Shown here in pieces: positions 44,782 to 55,467 of a DNA stretch of 64,000 bases. The notes beneath the pieces were generated by a model, which was not told where the DNA came from, ran no database searches, and saw only the letters and a list, made by a program, of their open reading frames with translations. The first letter of the stretch is position 1. Each line of letters opens with the position of its first letter. The DNA comes from Chitinophaga pinensis (GTDB lineage: Bacteria > Bacteroidota > Bacteroidia > Flavobacteriales_D > Crocinitomicaceae): the NCBI GenBank assembly GCA_943324745.2, contig CALPMT020000008.1, positions 27,715 through 91,714 of the forward strand, given 5' to 3'. Both the position numbers and the translations under genes were made by a program.

Positions 44782-45413
44782 CGCCAAGTACCCGTTTTCT
44801 TAATTTTACAAAGGTCTTAGGGTTAAGCCCACATCCAGATGATATCGAATACGGTATGTCGGGCACAATTCTAAAATATCCGGATACGCATTTTGATTTA
44901 GTATGTATGACCAAAGGTGGACATTGTGACGAGACTACTTCGAGAAATAGACACCAAGAAATGATAAATTTCTGGGAAGGTGTTCCAAACGTAACGATAC
45001 ACATCATAGATTTCGACGCTATAGATGAAGGAGAAGATGTTATCATAAATTATTTAGAGAAAAATATTCTAACGAATCATGAACTTATTTTAACCCCAAG
45101 TAATCACGACAACCATTTTTTTCATAAGAAAATCAACAACCTTGGTCCAGCATTATGTAGAATTAAACCGATGAGTTTGATGGAGTATTTCACTCCTTCC
45201 ACTTCGTTAGATTGGGTGCCAAATTTGGTAGTGAATCTAGAAAATGAAATTTATGCATCTAAAAAACAAAGACTGCAAGAATTCAAGTCACAAATTAACA
45301 AAACCTACTTCTCCGATTTTTGTTTGGATTCCTTTCACAGCAGTTTAGAATTCACCAAAAAAGGACTTCATTGGGTAGAAAAATTCAAAAGTAACGCAAC
45401 TATTCTCTTTTAA
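44778..45413 (+). CDS. PIG-L/LmbE family deacetylase
   Basis: VLGLSPHPDDIEYGMSGTILKY and PSNHDNHFFH; ATGA overlap with the upstream gene. Confidence 0.7.
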   Translation: MTPSTRFLNFTKVLGLSPHPDDIEYGMSGTILKYPDTHFDLVCMTKGGHCDETTSRNRHQEMINFWEGVPNVTIHIIDFDAIDEGEDVIINYLEKNILTNHELILTPSNHDNHFFHKKINNLGPALCRIKPMSLMEYFTPSTSLDWVPNLVVNLENEIYASKKQRLQEFKSQINKTYFSDFCLDSFHSSLEFTKKGLHWVEKFKSNATILF

Positions 45414-45415
45414 GC

Positions 45416-46147
45416 ATGGAAAAACCAGAAATCACCATATTTTTCCCCGTTTACAATGATGAAAATACCATTGCGAACATGACTGAAAAATGCATACATA
45501 TATTAAAAGAAGTCGCTTCTAACTATGAAGTGATAATAATCAATGATGGTAGCCCAGATAACAGTGGTGCTGTTGCGGATGAAATGACAAATAAATATGA
45601 GTATGTTCGTGTAATTCACCACCCTCAAAATAAAGGGTATGGTGCCGCCATTAAATCTGGACTTGAAAATGCGCAATATGAATGGGTGTGTTTTACGGAT
45701 GGAGATGATGAATATGATATTGAAGATCTTCGGAAAATGATTCGCCTAAAAGACTATTATGATTTAATTATCACCTTTAGGTATGTAAAATTATACTCTA
45801 CGTTACGTGTGTTTATATCTGGTATGTATAATAAAATATTTCGTGTATTATTTAGAACGAATTATAGAGACATTAGTACTGGTTTAAGATTAATGAGAAA
45901 ATCCGTGTATGATGACTTAACAATAATTTCAGACAGTCCATTTATAGGTGCTGAAATCACATTACGAACGATGTTAAAAGGATACAGAGTAGGTGAAATG
46001 GGGATACAAACGTTTCCTAGAGAATTTGGGAAAGGTGCATCTGTTTCACCAAAAAATATCATGAGAACAATAAAAGATATGCGTAAAGTGTATCAAAACA
46101 TTTTTTCATCCACCTACGAATTACCTAAAAATAGAGAACGTAAATAA
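45416..46147 (+). CDS. GT2 polyprenyl-phosphate glycosyltransferase (DPM1-like, no TM)
   Basis: ITIFFPVYNDENTI...IIINDGSPDNS...NKGYGAAIKSG...FTDGDDEYD. Confidence 0.75.
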   Translation: MEKPEITIFFPVYNDENTIANMTEKCIHILKEVASNYEVIIINDGSPDNSGAVADEMTNKYEYVRVIHHPQNKGYGAAIKSGLENAQYEWVCFTDGDDEYDIEDLRKMIRLKDYYDLIITFRYVKLYSTLRVFISGMYNKIFRVLFRTNYRDISTGLRLMRKSVYDDLTIISDSPFIGAEITLRTMLKGYRVGEMGIQTFPREFGKGASVSPKNIMRTIKDMRKVYQNIFSSTYELPKNRERK

Positions 46148-46149
46148 GC

Positions 46150-47631
46150 ATGTTTCAAATTAAACAAGGAATTTCATCAAGGTGGTTTAAACTAATATTC
46201 GCTTTATGGTTAACGATATTACTAATTTATCGTATTACAATTTGTTTTAGTTACCTCCCTGAATTATCGAACGGGGAGTCCAATAATATTTGGAAAGCAG
46301 TAAATGTAGCAAATGGGAAACCAATCTATACGGATCCCGAACAAATTCCATTAGAAGTCTTTCAATATACGCCTATTTCTCAATTCCCTATCATTGGAAT
46401 CGCTAAATTGGTAAATAAAGATAACGTGGATTATGTATACCTAGTAACAGCGTACGGAAGGTTGTATGAACTATTCGCGAATATCTTACTTGTGATACTC
46501 ATCTACCACATTTCAATCAAATACTTAGGGAATTCTAAACATACTTCTATAACTAGTGCATTGCTTATTCTGTCACTATTTACAAATCCAGCATTTACCG
46601 TTCGACCGGATGCTACGCTCCTATTACTTTTAGGTATTTCCATATGGTCCTATCTAAAAATGGAACAAAGTAATCAGGTCAAATGGACCTTTATAACTTC
46701 GTTTCTTATTATTGCATGTTTTTACACCAAACAAGATGGCATTCTTATCGCTGGTCCTATGGTAATCAGACTCATTTCTCTTAAAAAATGGAAACAGTTT
46801 TTCAACTTAAGTTTAATTTCTGTAGGATTATTAATCGGATCAGTAGCAATCAGTCCATATGTTTTTGGAGAACACTTTTTTACCTGTGTTTTTAAAGGAT
46901 TAAAAAACACCTCATCCATAAAACAAATCATTGGGGTATTTGATAGAGCCTATGGATTTTACATGATTCATTTTGTCTTAGGACTTATCTGCTCTATTTA
47001 TTTTTTAATTAAAAATCGCAAAGATACCATTGCTTTGTTTGCAATAGCTAGTATCTTTTATTTCTTTGTTGCATTTGCTACATCTTCGAAATCTGGATCT
47101 TGGGTAAACTATTACACACCTTACATTATTTTTTCTACAATTGTTATCTTTTATTTTTTAACATCCCTTAGTTTCAAGAAAGAAATGTTGCCTACATTAT
47201 TAACAACTTCAATTGCAATTATAATCGCCAGTTTATTTATTTTCAAACAGATTTATGTATACACTTCTCCATTTGTTAAACCGAATAATGGTAAAACTGA
47301 ATATTTTACTCATTATAAATTCATTCAAAAAATAAAATCAAAGTTAAAGATTAGTAAACATGACAAAGTTCTTACTATAAATCAATTGGACAGAAATTTT
47401 CTAGCTGAAAATTCTATTATGATCAATACGGAATATTATAATTACGCTAGTTATAGTTATCAAACATTCAAAAAACAATCAGATAAAAACATCGACTATA
47501 TCATTTACAACCTAAAAGACAAACCAACAGTAGATTATTTAATCAACTTTTTCAATGTCTCAACATTAAGATATGATACCACCAAAATAAATGATTTTAG
47601 AGTATTAATTAATCATCATAACAAAAGATAA
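46150..47631 (+). CDS. Polytopic membrane protein, GT-C-like glycosyltransferase candidate
   Basis: 493 aa, about 11 hydrophobic segments; starts 2 nt after the DPM1-like GT2. Confidence 0.45.
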   Translation: MFQIKQGISSRWFKLIFALWLTILLIYRITICFSYLPELSNGESNNIWKAVNVANGKPIYTDPEQIPLEVFQYTPISQFPIIGIAKLVNKDNVDYVYLVTAYGRLYELFANILLVILIYHISIKYLGNSKHTSITSALLILSLFTNPAFTVRPDATLLLLLGISIWSYLKMEQSNQVKWTFITSFLIIACFYTKQDGILIAGPMVIRLISLKKWKQFFNLSLISVGLLIGSVAISPYVFGEHFFTCVFKGLKNTSSIKQIIGVFDRAYGFYMIHFVLGLICSIYFLIKNRKDTIALFAIASIFYFFVAFATSSKSGSWVNYYTPYIIFSTIVIFYFLTSLSFKKEMLPTLLTTSIAIIIASLFIFKQIYVYTSPFVKPNNGKTEYFTHYKFIQKIKSKLKISKHDKVLTINQLDRNFLAENSIMINTEYYNYASYSYQTFKKQSDKNIDYIIYNLKDKPTVDYLINFFNVSTLRYDTTKINDFRVLINHHNKR

Positions 47632-47786
47632 AAAAATTTTCAGATATTCAACTTACTTGAAATTATTTAAAATTTGAAAAGAACAATTTCATACTTACCT
47701 ATGAAAAAACAAGTGATTAATACTCATCTATATTTCGAAAACTGTATATTCAAATTGATTAATGGAAATTAAAAGAAAAAAATTAT

Positions 47787-48869
47787 ATGAATTATAGAAT
47801 TAAAAATTTAGATGGGATTCGTGCTTATTCAGTAATTATTGTTGTACTAAATCATTTAATTTTAAATAATAAAATTAAACTAAACCTTGAAAATAATTAT
47901 ATCGAATCATTTGTCATGTTTATTTTAGATGGGCAATTTGGTGTGTCAATATTTTTTGTATTATCAGGTTTTTTAATCAATACCTTACTAATAAGAGAAG
48001 AAAAGAAGAAAAATAATATTAATATTAAAAATTTCTATTATAGAAGAGGATTAAGGATTATACCGCCATTTTTACTACTCCTTTTATTCTATCTAACCTT
48101 GGATATTTATTCTTACGTCGAAATTAGTTACGATTCGTGGCTATCAATGATTACATACACCAAATGGTTAAATTGGAAATTAGACCAAATTACTGCCCAT
48201 ATTTGGTCGTTAGGAATTGAACAATTTTTTTATCTTTTTTGGCCCATAATTTTTATCCTATTCAAAAAAAACAGAGTAAAAATTACAATTGTCTTAATTA
48301 TTTTACCCACACTATTTAGAATATATAACTTTATTTATCCGAATTCTTGTATTTTTTTAAACGAATTAAGTCTATTTATAAGAGTTGATTCTATTTTGAT
48401 TGGATGTTTTTTAGCACTAAAATTTGAACGTATTAATGAAATCATCACAAAAAATAAAATAACAATACTTTTACTACTTATTTGTTTAGTAAGTATTGTT
48501 TCCTGGATTCCTTTTATACAATGCAATACTAGAATAATCAATCAACTTTCTAAGTTTTTAAGCTTGGTTATTTTTAATCACTCTGGAATTGCAGTAAATT
48601 TGATTATTTTACTTATTATTACCTTAACCATAGATAGTGCTAATAAATTATTTTTATTGGATAATGTTTTTGTAAATTACATCGCTAAAATTTCATATGG
48701 TATATATTTATGGCAACAATTTTTTACATGTTCTAATAATACCTGGTATTCAAACATTTGGATAAGTTTAATATTTATTATTCTAATACCTACTATTTCT
48801 TATTTTTTACTCGAAAAAAATATTTTAAAGTTGAAGAATAAATTTGATACAGATAAAACCACACTTTAA
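47787..48869 (+). CDS. Acyltransferase family 3 (OafA/WecH-like O-acetyltransferase)
   Basis: NLDGIRAYSVIIVVLNHL N-terminus, about 10 TM segments, 360 aa. Confidence 0.8.
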   Translation: MNYRIKNLDGIRAYSVIIVVLNHLILNNKIKLNLENNYIESFVMFILDGQFGVSIFFVLSGFLINTLLIREEKKKNNINIKNFYYRRGLRIIPPFLLLLLFYLTLDIYSYVEISYDSWLSMITYTKWLNWKLDQITAHIWSLGIEQFFYLFWPIIFILFKKNRVKITIVLIILPTLFRIYNFIYPNSCIFLNELSLFIRVDSILIGCFLALKFERINEIITKNKITILLLLICLVSIVSWIPFIQCNTRIINQLSKFLSLVIFNHSGIAVNLIILLIITLTIDSANKLFLLDNVFVNYIAKISYGIYLWQQFFTCSNNTWYSNIWISLIFIILIPTISYFLLEKNILKLKNKFDTDKTTL

Positions 48870-48965
48870 TTAAACTGACTCAACAATCTCAAAAACAACT
48901 AAATTTAGTGATATATACAAAACGAACTATACATAATTCCTATTTACAATTAATAGATAAACATA

Positions 48966-49886
48966 ATGAAACTAAAAATATACCGGCTGACAATCCGTTT
49001 TTTAACATCGATTCCGTTTAAAAATAGTGTTTTTTCAATTATTAAACTAAGTAAATGGTTAACCAAAAAAATTTATCTAGATGTAAAATTTAGTGGCGAT
49101 TTTAAAGTTAAAATTGACAATGAAAATACATTTAAAATGATAAACTATGGAGGGACTATCGAAAAGGAAACCTATTGGTTTGGATTATTTAAAACTTTTG
49201 AAAAAGAAACAGGGTGGTTGTGGATAAAATTATCTGAAAATGCTCGTGTAATATTTGACATTGGAGCGAACACAGGAATATATAGTCTAGTCACAAAATC
49301 GATTAACAAAACTTCAATTATACATGCTTTTGAACCTTCAAAAAATACGTACAATAAATTGCTCGAAAACAACAAAATAAATAACTACAATATCATTTGT
49401 AACGAAATTGCATTGTCAAATACAAATGGTTTCTCTACTTTTTTTGACAGTTTTGATTCAAATCAAACAAGTGCAAGTATGTCCATTGAAATGTCTAACA
49501 ACTGGACGGATTATCAAATCAATAAATATTCAGTTCAAACAATGACCTTTAAAAATTACATCAATAAAAACAAAATTAATTTAGAGGAGATTGATTTAAT
49601 AAAAATTGATGTGGAGATGTTTGAACCTGAAGTAATGGAAGGATTTGAAGAAGTATTATTTAATTTGACTGCATTTATTTTTATAGAAGTTTTAAACGAT
49701 GAAGTAGCTGATAAATTAAATGTAATATTTAATAATAAATTTACATTTTATCATTTACAAGAAAATGAAACGTTGTTAAAACGTAAATCATTACAAGTTG
49801 TGCCTTTAAAATGGAATTATTTAGCATGCCCTAATAATCTAGTTCAAAATTTTGAGGAGAGATTTATGGATCACTTACAAAAATAG
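48966..49886 (+). CDS. FkbM family methyltransferase
   Basis: VIFDIGANTGIYSL ... IHAFEPSKNTY ... LIKIDVEMFEPEVMEG. Confidence 0.7.
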   Translation: MKLKIYRLTIRFLTSIPFKNSVFSIIKLSKWLTKKIYLDVKFSGDFKVKIDNENTFKMINYGGTIEKETYWFGLFKTFEKETGWLWIKLSENARVIFDIGANTGIYSLVTKSINKTSIIHAFEPSKNTYNKLLENNKINNYNIICNEIALSNTNGFSTFFDSFDSNQTSASMSIEMSNNWTDYQINKYSVQTMTFKNYINKNKINLEEIDLIKIDVEMFEPEVMEGFEEVLFNLTAFIFIEVLNDEVADKLNVIFNNKFTFYHLQENETLLKRKSLQVVPLKWNYLACPNNLVQNFEERFMDHLQK

Positions 49887-49944
49887 CTATAACAATCTTT
49901 GAACTTAAAGATCAAGAAAAATGAAGAGTTAAACTGAAGTATCT

Positions 49945-50787
49945 CTATTTTAACTTCTTATTAAATAAACCTAATACTTTACTCACAAAAGTATCACTTA
50001 TCCCTGTTTTCACTTTTACATAGTGATAAATAGCAAGTGCTTTTTTATCCAAAAAAACTAAAAATCGCTTAACACTACTATCTTGTGGTCTTGATTTATA
50101 ATCAGTACCTTTCACTTTTAAATCCTCTTTTTCATCTGTAAAATAATACAAGGCGATCGATTTCCTGCTCTCTCCTTCAGGGCAATTAAATGGATCTGGA
50201 TGTCCATGATACGTATCAGAATCTGTATTAAAAATAACACAACGATTATAAATAGGAGAGATTTTGTGCACACACTTACTCATATCTTTTTCCCAAATCT
50301 CTAATTCTCCACCCCACTCAGGTTGAAGTTCTTTATTTAGATAAATCAAAAGATTTACGCGTCTTCTCCAACTCTTATGATGGGGGTGCGCAGTAAAATC
50401 AGCATGGATATTTAAAAAACCATTTCTAGGTGTTTGGTGTAATCCTCCTCCCTCTAATAATGGATCTGAAATTAACCCAGCTATACCTGTAAATTCGGAT
50501 AATTTACGGGTAAATACCTCTGAATTAAGGTAGGTAATTAACTCTTTGATTTTTGGTGGAAAGGAATCAATTTTTGTATTCCCAAACTTATTTTCATTAA
50601 AATGCTTGTAATTAATCCATTTTGAAGAATTGAGCTTTGGAAATTCAGCATAAATTTGATCTAAAAAATCATTGTCTAAAAAATTATCTATTTGAGCAAA
50701 AGGATAAGGATGTTGGTCAAAATATTTATATTTTGTAGTGTCCAAAATGACATCCATTTGATTAGACAAAAAACGATTGTGTTCCAT
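49945..50787 (-). CDS. 2OG-Fe(II) oxygenase (paralogue of 13032..13814)
   Basis: GGGLHQTPRNGFLNIHADFT, NRCVIFNT, TYHGHPDPF, SRKSIALYYF. Confidence 0.75.
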   Translation of the reverse strand: MEHNRFLSNQMDVILDTTKYKYFDQHPYPFAQIDNFLDNDFLDQIYAEFPKLNSSKWINYKHFNENKFGNTKIDSFPPKIKELITYLNSEVFTRKLSEFTGIAGLISDPLLEGGGLHQTPRNGFLNIHADFTAHPHHKSWRRRVNLLIYLNKELQPEWGGELEIWEKDMSKCVHKISPIYNRCVIFNTDSDTYHGHPDPFNCPEGESRKSIALYYFTDEKEDLKVKGTDYKSRPQDSSVKRFLVFLDKKALAIYHYVKVKTGISDTFVSKVLGLFNKKLK

Positions 50788-50850
50788 AATTCCTACATTT
50801 GAATATTTTTCAAATATAAGGATTCAAAAGACAAAAGACAATGATTTTAA

Positions 50851-52866
50851 TCATGCTAATTTAGATACAATAAAACGGGGCGAAAACTTAACGATCATTG
50901 CTATACACCTCCAAATAAAGGATGGATATACTTGAAATTTCTTTCTATGAGAGTAAATAACGTTTGCCACTTCTTCAGGAGTACTTGCAAAAAAGGGAAG
51001 TTTTAAATGGGAAGTCATTTTAGTTTTAACAGAACCTGGTGCTAATGACTGTACTACTATTCCTCTTTCTTTTAATTGTTGACTTAATCCAAATAAATAA
51101 GAAATAAACCCGGATTTAGTTGAACCATACATATAATTAGACTTTCTTCCTTTAACACCTGCAATGGAAGTAATACCAATGATTCGCTTCAAAAAAGGAT
51201 TGTCATCATCCACTAATGCATTTAATATGGAAATTGGACCTAAATAATTTACATGCACCATTTTTTGTGTGATTTCAATCGAATTAAAACAAGCATCATT
51301 CGTTGGACAAAAACCTGCTGCATACATAATCTCTGTTGGTTTATATTCCGCTACCGATTTTACAAAATCTACATGACTTTCAAACTTTTCAGCATCAAAA
51401 CAAACAAATTTCGCCCTTTCTTCAAGTTTATTTTTTTGTATAAAGTCATCGACTTGATTTTGATTCCGAGATGCTAACAAAACAAACGCAGTTGGATTAT
51501 TTGATACATATTTTAAAACATAAGCCTTAGCAATATCGCTGTTTGCACCTAGTACTAGCAATACATTTTGATGGATTTGACGTATACGTTGCATTTGATG
51601 GGATTGAAAAATAGAACTTTTAAAATCATTAGGATATTGTTTTTCAAAATTGATTTTATTAATTCTTGCATCTTTTGCTAAATAAGTTTTCCCTCCGTAT
51701 TCAGCGACCAACTCATCGAGTTCATCTAATAAGACCCATACTCTTTTACTGATTTTCAAATCCAAACCTAAGGTAATTCCTTCGATTGGATAGTTTAAAT
51801 AGTCTGTAGGACTTTTATCCCCAAATGCTTTAATTACACTTAAAAAAGAGGCCGAGTTATAGTTAGTCAATAATTCTAATGCACTTTTTATGCCAATTTC
51901 GGCATGGATCTTTGGAAATACCATTTGGTATTCTAAAAAGCCTTTTTTTCCATAAATCCGATTCCAATTATTTACAATATCTAAAGGAAAAAAATAAGAA
52001 TCATAATGAACAATTTTACTTGTTGATTGGATGGATTTATGATAATACAGAAAGTTAAAAATTCGAACAAATAAATTATTAATGACAAATGATGGAAAGT
52101 AGAAGAATAAAGAAAATTTTGTCTTTTTGTGGATTTCAAGGGGATTTTTAATTTTAGTAGAGAGATCTTCTAATGCAGCATGTTCTCCCAATAAAAGTAC
52201 CGATCTACCCATGTTTTTATTAGACGCCAAACAATCTATCCATGCTACAGAGTAAGTGGAATTTTTATTTGATTCCATTAGTTGAATCACTTCTGCATAA
52301 TTTTTTGCTTGAATCGTCCGCAACTTGATATAACTAGTTTTAATTTTTTTTAATTGAAACTCAATGGAAACAATAATTCCTGTTTTACCCATTCCTCCAG
52401 CTGTTTTTTTAAACAACTCATCCGTAGGCATCAAATGATGAATTTCACCAAATTCATCGACTAATTTAATGGATGTTACAAAATTACTAAAGCAACCATC
52501 AACATGATGATTTTTACCGTGTATATTGGAAGAAAAAGCACCTCCTAAAGTAATTAACTTTGTTCCCGGAGTAACTGGTAGAAAATAACCGAAAGGTACG
52601 ATTAACTCTAAAATAGCTTTTAACAATATCCCAGATTCACATGCTAAAGTTCCATTTTCTTTATCAAAATGAATTACTTTTGTCAACCTCAATGTGGAAA
52701 CAATATTCTTAGCAAGGGATGAATCTCCATAACATCTGCCATTTCCTCTTGCTATTAAATGTTTTTTTTTGAGAACAATTGTTCTTAATTCTTCAACATT
52801 AGTAGGAGAAAAAATAGTTGAGTTCGTAATAGGATAATTCCCCCAATTAGCAACTTCTTGCATCAT
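50851..52866 (-). CDS. Fusion of a DprE1-like FAD oxidase and a DprE2-like SDR reductase
   Basis: IARGNGRCYGDSSL and GGAFSSNIHGKNHH (DprE1 family). C-terminal VLLVLGANSDIAKAY plus YMYGSTK (SDR). The start is taken at ATGATG 52866 because the track start is a non-ATG codon. Confidence 0.8.
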   Translation of the reverse strand: MMQEVANWGNYPITNSTIFSPTNVEELRTIVLKKKHLIARGNGRCYGDSSLAKNIVSTLRLTKVIHFDKENGTLACESGILLKAILELIVPFGYFLPVTPGTKLITLGGAFSSNIHGKNHHVDGCFSNFVTSIKLVDEFGEIHHLMPTDELFKKTAGGMGKTGIIVSIEFQLKKIKTSYIKLRTIQAKNYAEVIQLMESNKNSTYSVAWIDCLASNKNMGRSVLLLGEHAALEDLSTKIKNPLEIHKKTKFSLFFYFPSFVINNLFVRIFNFLYYHKSIQSTSKIVHYDSYFFPLDIVNNWNRIYGKKGFLEYQMVFPKIHAEIGIKSALELLTNYNSASFLSVIKAFGDKSPTDYLNYPIEGITLGLDLKISKRVWVLLDELDELVAEYGGKTYLAKDARINKINFEKQYPNDFKSSIFQSHQMQRIRQIHQNVLLVLGANSDIAKAYVLKYVSNNPTAFVLLASRNQNQVDDFIQKNKLEERAKFVCFDAEKFESHVDFVKSVAEYKPTEIMYAAGFCPTNDACFNSIEITQKMVHVNYLGPISILNALVDDDNPFLKRIIGITSIAGVKGRKSNYMYGSTKSGFISYLFGLSQQLKERGIVVQSLAPGSVKTKMTSHLKLPFFASTPEEVANVIYSHRKKFQVYPSFIWRCIAMIVKFSPRFIVSKLA

Positions 52867-52933
52867 TTCGTTTTGATTGATTAAAATTAAAAAAACCAAT
52901 TAATGTTGGCATAAAACATGTATTAAGAACTAA

Positions 52934-53923
52934 CTATTTAAATGTTTTAACAAAAACAGAAATCAGCTGCTTTAGTGTCCACGTAGACCTATATGTAATA
53001 GAACTAGAAACAAAGTAAAAATACGTTTTTAAAGTAAGTTTCTCAGATTCTAGAAATAAATCTTTCCAACGTTTGATTAAATATCTATTCAGATTATCTC
53101 CACCAAAAACATTGTTCACTTCATCTAACTGATATAAACGTAATAATTCTAAAAGTTTATTTTCTAGTGTTTGTTTTTGTGATAACAAATTAAAAACAAA
53201 TGAATAGTTATCTATCTTATTATGGAAGTAATATTTTAGATAATTTGCTCTTATTGTATTTGCTAATTCAATTTGAGTCAATGAATTTAGACTACTAATT
53301 TGCGCATCATGAATCCGATAATCCAACAAATATTCAGGAAGATTAGCCATTTTAGTAATAAATGAAAGACGTGTCCACAATTCATAATCTTCTGCATGGA
53401 CATAATTTGAATCAAAAACTGCATCCATACCTTTAATGACTTCTTTGCGAAGCATTATACTTGGATGTATAAATGGACAATAAAAAGCCAGTGCAAATTT
53501 TAAGGATGCATGATCTGTATGGTATAACAATTGACTTTTATTAGCTCCATGTAAAAGATTAACGCCTGTACCAACCAAGCCATAATCTTCGTTTACATCT
53601 AAAAATTGAACTTGTTTATATAAACGATCTGGATGAGAAATATCATCTGCATCCATACGGGCAATATACCGCCCATTTGCCAGTGAAAACCCAATATTTA
53701 GTGTTTGGATTAATTTATAATTCTCAGGATTTTTGATATACACAATGCGAGAATCGTCATAGGACAAAATAATTTCTTCAGATGTATCCGTGGACCCATC
53801 ATTGATAATAATAAATTCAAAATTAGTATACGTCTGATTTAAAACGCTTTCGATAGCTTCATTTAAATATTTCTCGCCATTGTAGACAGGCATTAAAACA
53901 GATACAAGTGGAAAATCACTCAT
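52934..53923 (-). CDS. Glycosyltransferase family 2
   Basis: VSVLMPVYNGEKYL...IIINDGSTDTS...ARMDADD. Confidence 0.85.
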   Translation of the reverse strand: MSDFPLVSVLMPVYNGEKYLNEAIESVLNQTYTNFEFIIINDGSTDTSEEIILSYDDSRIVYIKNPENYKLIQTLNIGFSLANGRYIARMDADDISHPDRLYKQVQFLDVNEDYGLVGTGVNLLHGANKSQLLYHTDHASLKFALAFYCPFIHPSIMLRKEVIKGMDAVFDSNYVHAEDYELWTRLSFITKMANLPEYLLDYRIHDAQISSLNSLTQIELANTIRANYLKYYFHNKIDNYSFVFNLLSQKQTLENKLLELLRLYQLDEVNNVFGGDNLNRYLIKRWKDLFLESEKLTLKTYFYFVSSSITYRSTWTLKQLISVFVKTFK

Positions 53924-53934
53924 TTAGCCAAATA

Positions 53935-54453
53935 TTAATACCCAAGTTCTTTTGCTTTTTCTACGATTAGACTTCCATCAATTTTTTTAACCAAAACAGC
54001 TGGATTACCTTTATACACCCCCCATTCCTCAGTGTCTCCCATCAATAAACTTCCTGCCGTTAAAAGCACTCCTTTTCGTAAAATAGACCCCGGTAATACA
54101 ATGGAGTTCGTCCCAATATTTGAAAATTCCTCCATAATGACAGGTTGTATTATTTGCTTTCCTTTTAGATTATTTGGAATCATGGCTCCAAATAAACCAG
54201 AGGCATCAAATCGATCTGAGCCACAAATGATTCTTGCTCCACTCATAACATTAGAAAAACCGGATATTTGAAAAAATCCATCCTTACCACCTATACAAGT
54301 TACATACGGACTTATATGTACATAGTTACCTATATCTAACTTAGTGGTACAATAGAATCCTTTATCTATTGCAACGTGATCACCTATTTTAACAAATTCT
54401 GGTCGTTTGAAAACAGTATCATTATCTATTAATACATCTTCTCCTATAATCAT
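53935..54453 (-). CDS. Hexapeptide-repeat (LbH) N/O-acyltransferase
   Basis: 172 aa with hexapeptide repeats (IGEDVLIDNDTVF...IGDHVAIDKG...). Confidence 0.7.
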   Translation of the reverse strand: MIIGEDVLIDNDTVFKRPEFVKIGDHVAIDKGFYCTTKLDIGNYVHISPYVTCIGGKDGFFQISGFSNVMSGARIICGSDRFDASGLFGAMIPNNLKGKQIIQPVIMEEFSNIGTNSIVLPGSILRKGVLLTAGSLLMGDTEEWGVYKGNPAVLVKKIDGSLIVEKAKELGY

Positions 54454-54462
54454 GATACAATT

Positions 54463-55398
54463 TTAATATGGAAGTTGATTTTTATAATAATCAACCGTAG
54501 TTTTTAAACCCTCACTTAATGGCGTAAATACAAAATTTGGAATATTTTTTTTAAACCTAGTGTCTGCCATTACTTTTCTTGGAGCCCCATCAGGCATAGA
54601 GCGATTCCAATTTATAGATCCTGTAAAATTACATTCCGTTGTTATTATTTTTAACAAATCAGAAATAGATAAACCGAAATTTTGAGCGATATTAAAGGGT
54701 TCGCTATAAAAAGGTTGATTTAAATTACGAATAATCTCATCTAATATTCGTCCAAAATCTGGTGCGTATAACCATTCTCTAATAGCTACACCACTTCCCC
54801 AAACTTCAATTTCATCCAGCTTTTCATGATTTGCTTTAACAACTTTACCTACCAATGCATTTAATGCATGTGCTTTATTTGGATCTACTGAATCGAATGG
54901 ACCATACATATTTGGCACATATAACTGAATACTCTTTATTCCGTACTGCATTTTATAACATTCTGCAAAAATATCAAGCATTCTTCTAGTACTTCCATAA
55001 GCTAATACGGATTGATGCACTTTCCCAGACCATAAAAATTCTTCGTTATATTCTGTTAAATTTCCAGGAAAAGCACAATTAGCAACTGGATTTATTATAA
55101 TAGAAGATGGAGATGTTTGTTGGATCGCCTTATATAAATTTAAGATCATGCGAAGATTATCGTCTAAAATATCAGCTGCAATTTGAGTGACAAAATTCAA
55201 ACTTCCAACATGAGCAGCACAATTTACAATTATATTAGGTTGTTCTTCTGCTAAAATTGAACATACGTTTTCTAAGTTAAATAAATCTAATCCATTACTT
55301 CTAGACTTACCCACAACTTCATTGTGCTTATTTTTTTTTAATTCGTTAAAAACATTTTGACCTACAAATCCAGTATGTCCGAGTAATAAAATTTTCAT
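54463..55398 (-). CDS. GDP-L-fucose synthase (Fcl/GMER)-like SDR with an altered catalytic triad
   Basis: Gap-free by-eye alignment to E. coli Fcl (YGPFDSV/YGPHDNF, VWGSGVAIREWL/VWGSGTPMREFL, MPDGAPRKV/KPDGTPRKL). YGSTR replaces YAIAK and VANC replaces GSSC. Confidence 0.7.
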   Translation of the reverse strand: MKILLLGHTGFVGQNVFNELKKNKHNEVVGKSRSNGLDLFNLENVCSILAEEQPNIIVNCAAHVGSLNFVTQIAADILDDNLRMILNLYKAIQQTSPSSIIINPVANCAFPGNLTEYNEEFLWSGKVHQSVLAYGSTRRMLDIFAECYKMQYGIKSIQLYVPNMYGPFDSVDPNKAHALNALVGKVVKANHEKLDEIEVWGSGVAIREWLYAPDFGRILDEIIRNLNQPFYSEPFNIAQNFGLSISDLLKIITTECNFTGSINWNRSMPDGAPRKVMADTRFKKNIPNFVFTPLSEGLKTTVDYYKNQLPY

Positions 55399-55467
55399 TA
55401 TTTTGAAATAATTACACTAAAAAAACTTTATTTTTAGTATGTGAATATACTTTTTATCTTTTATACT

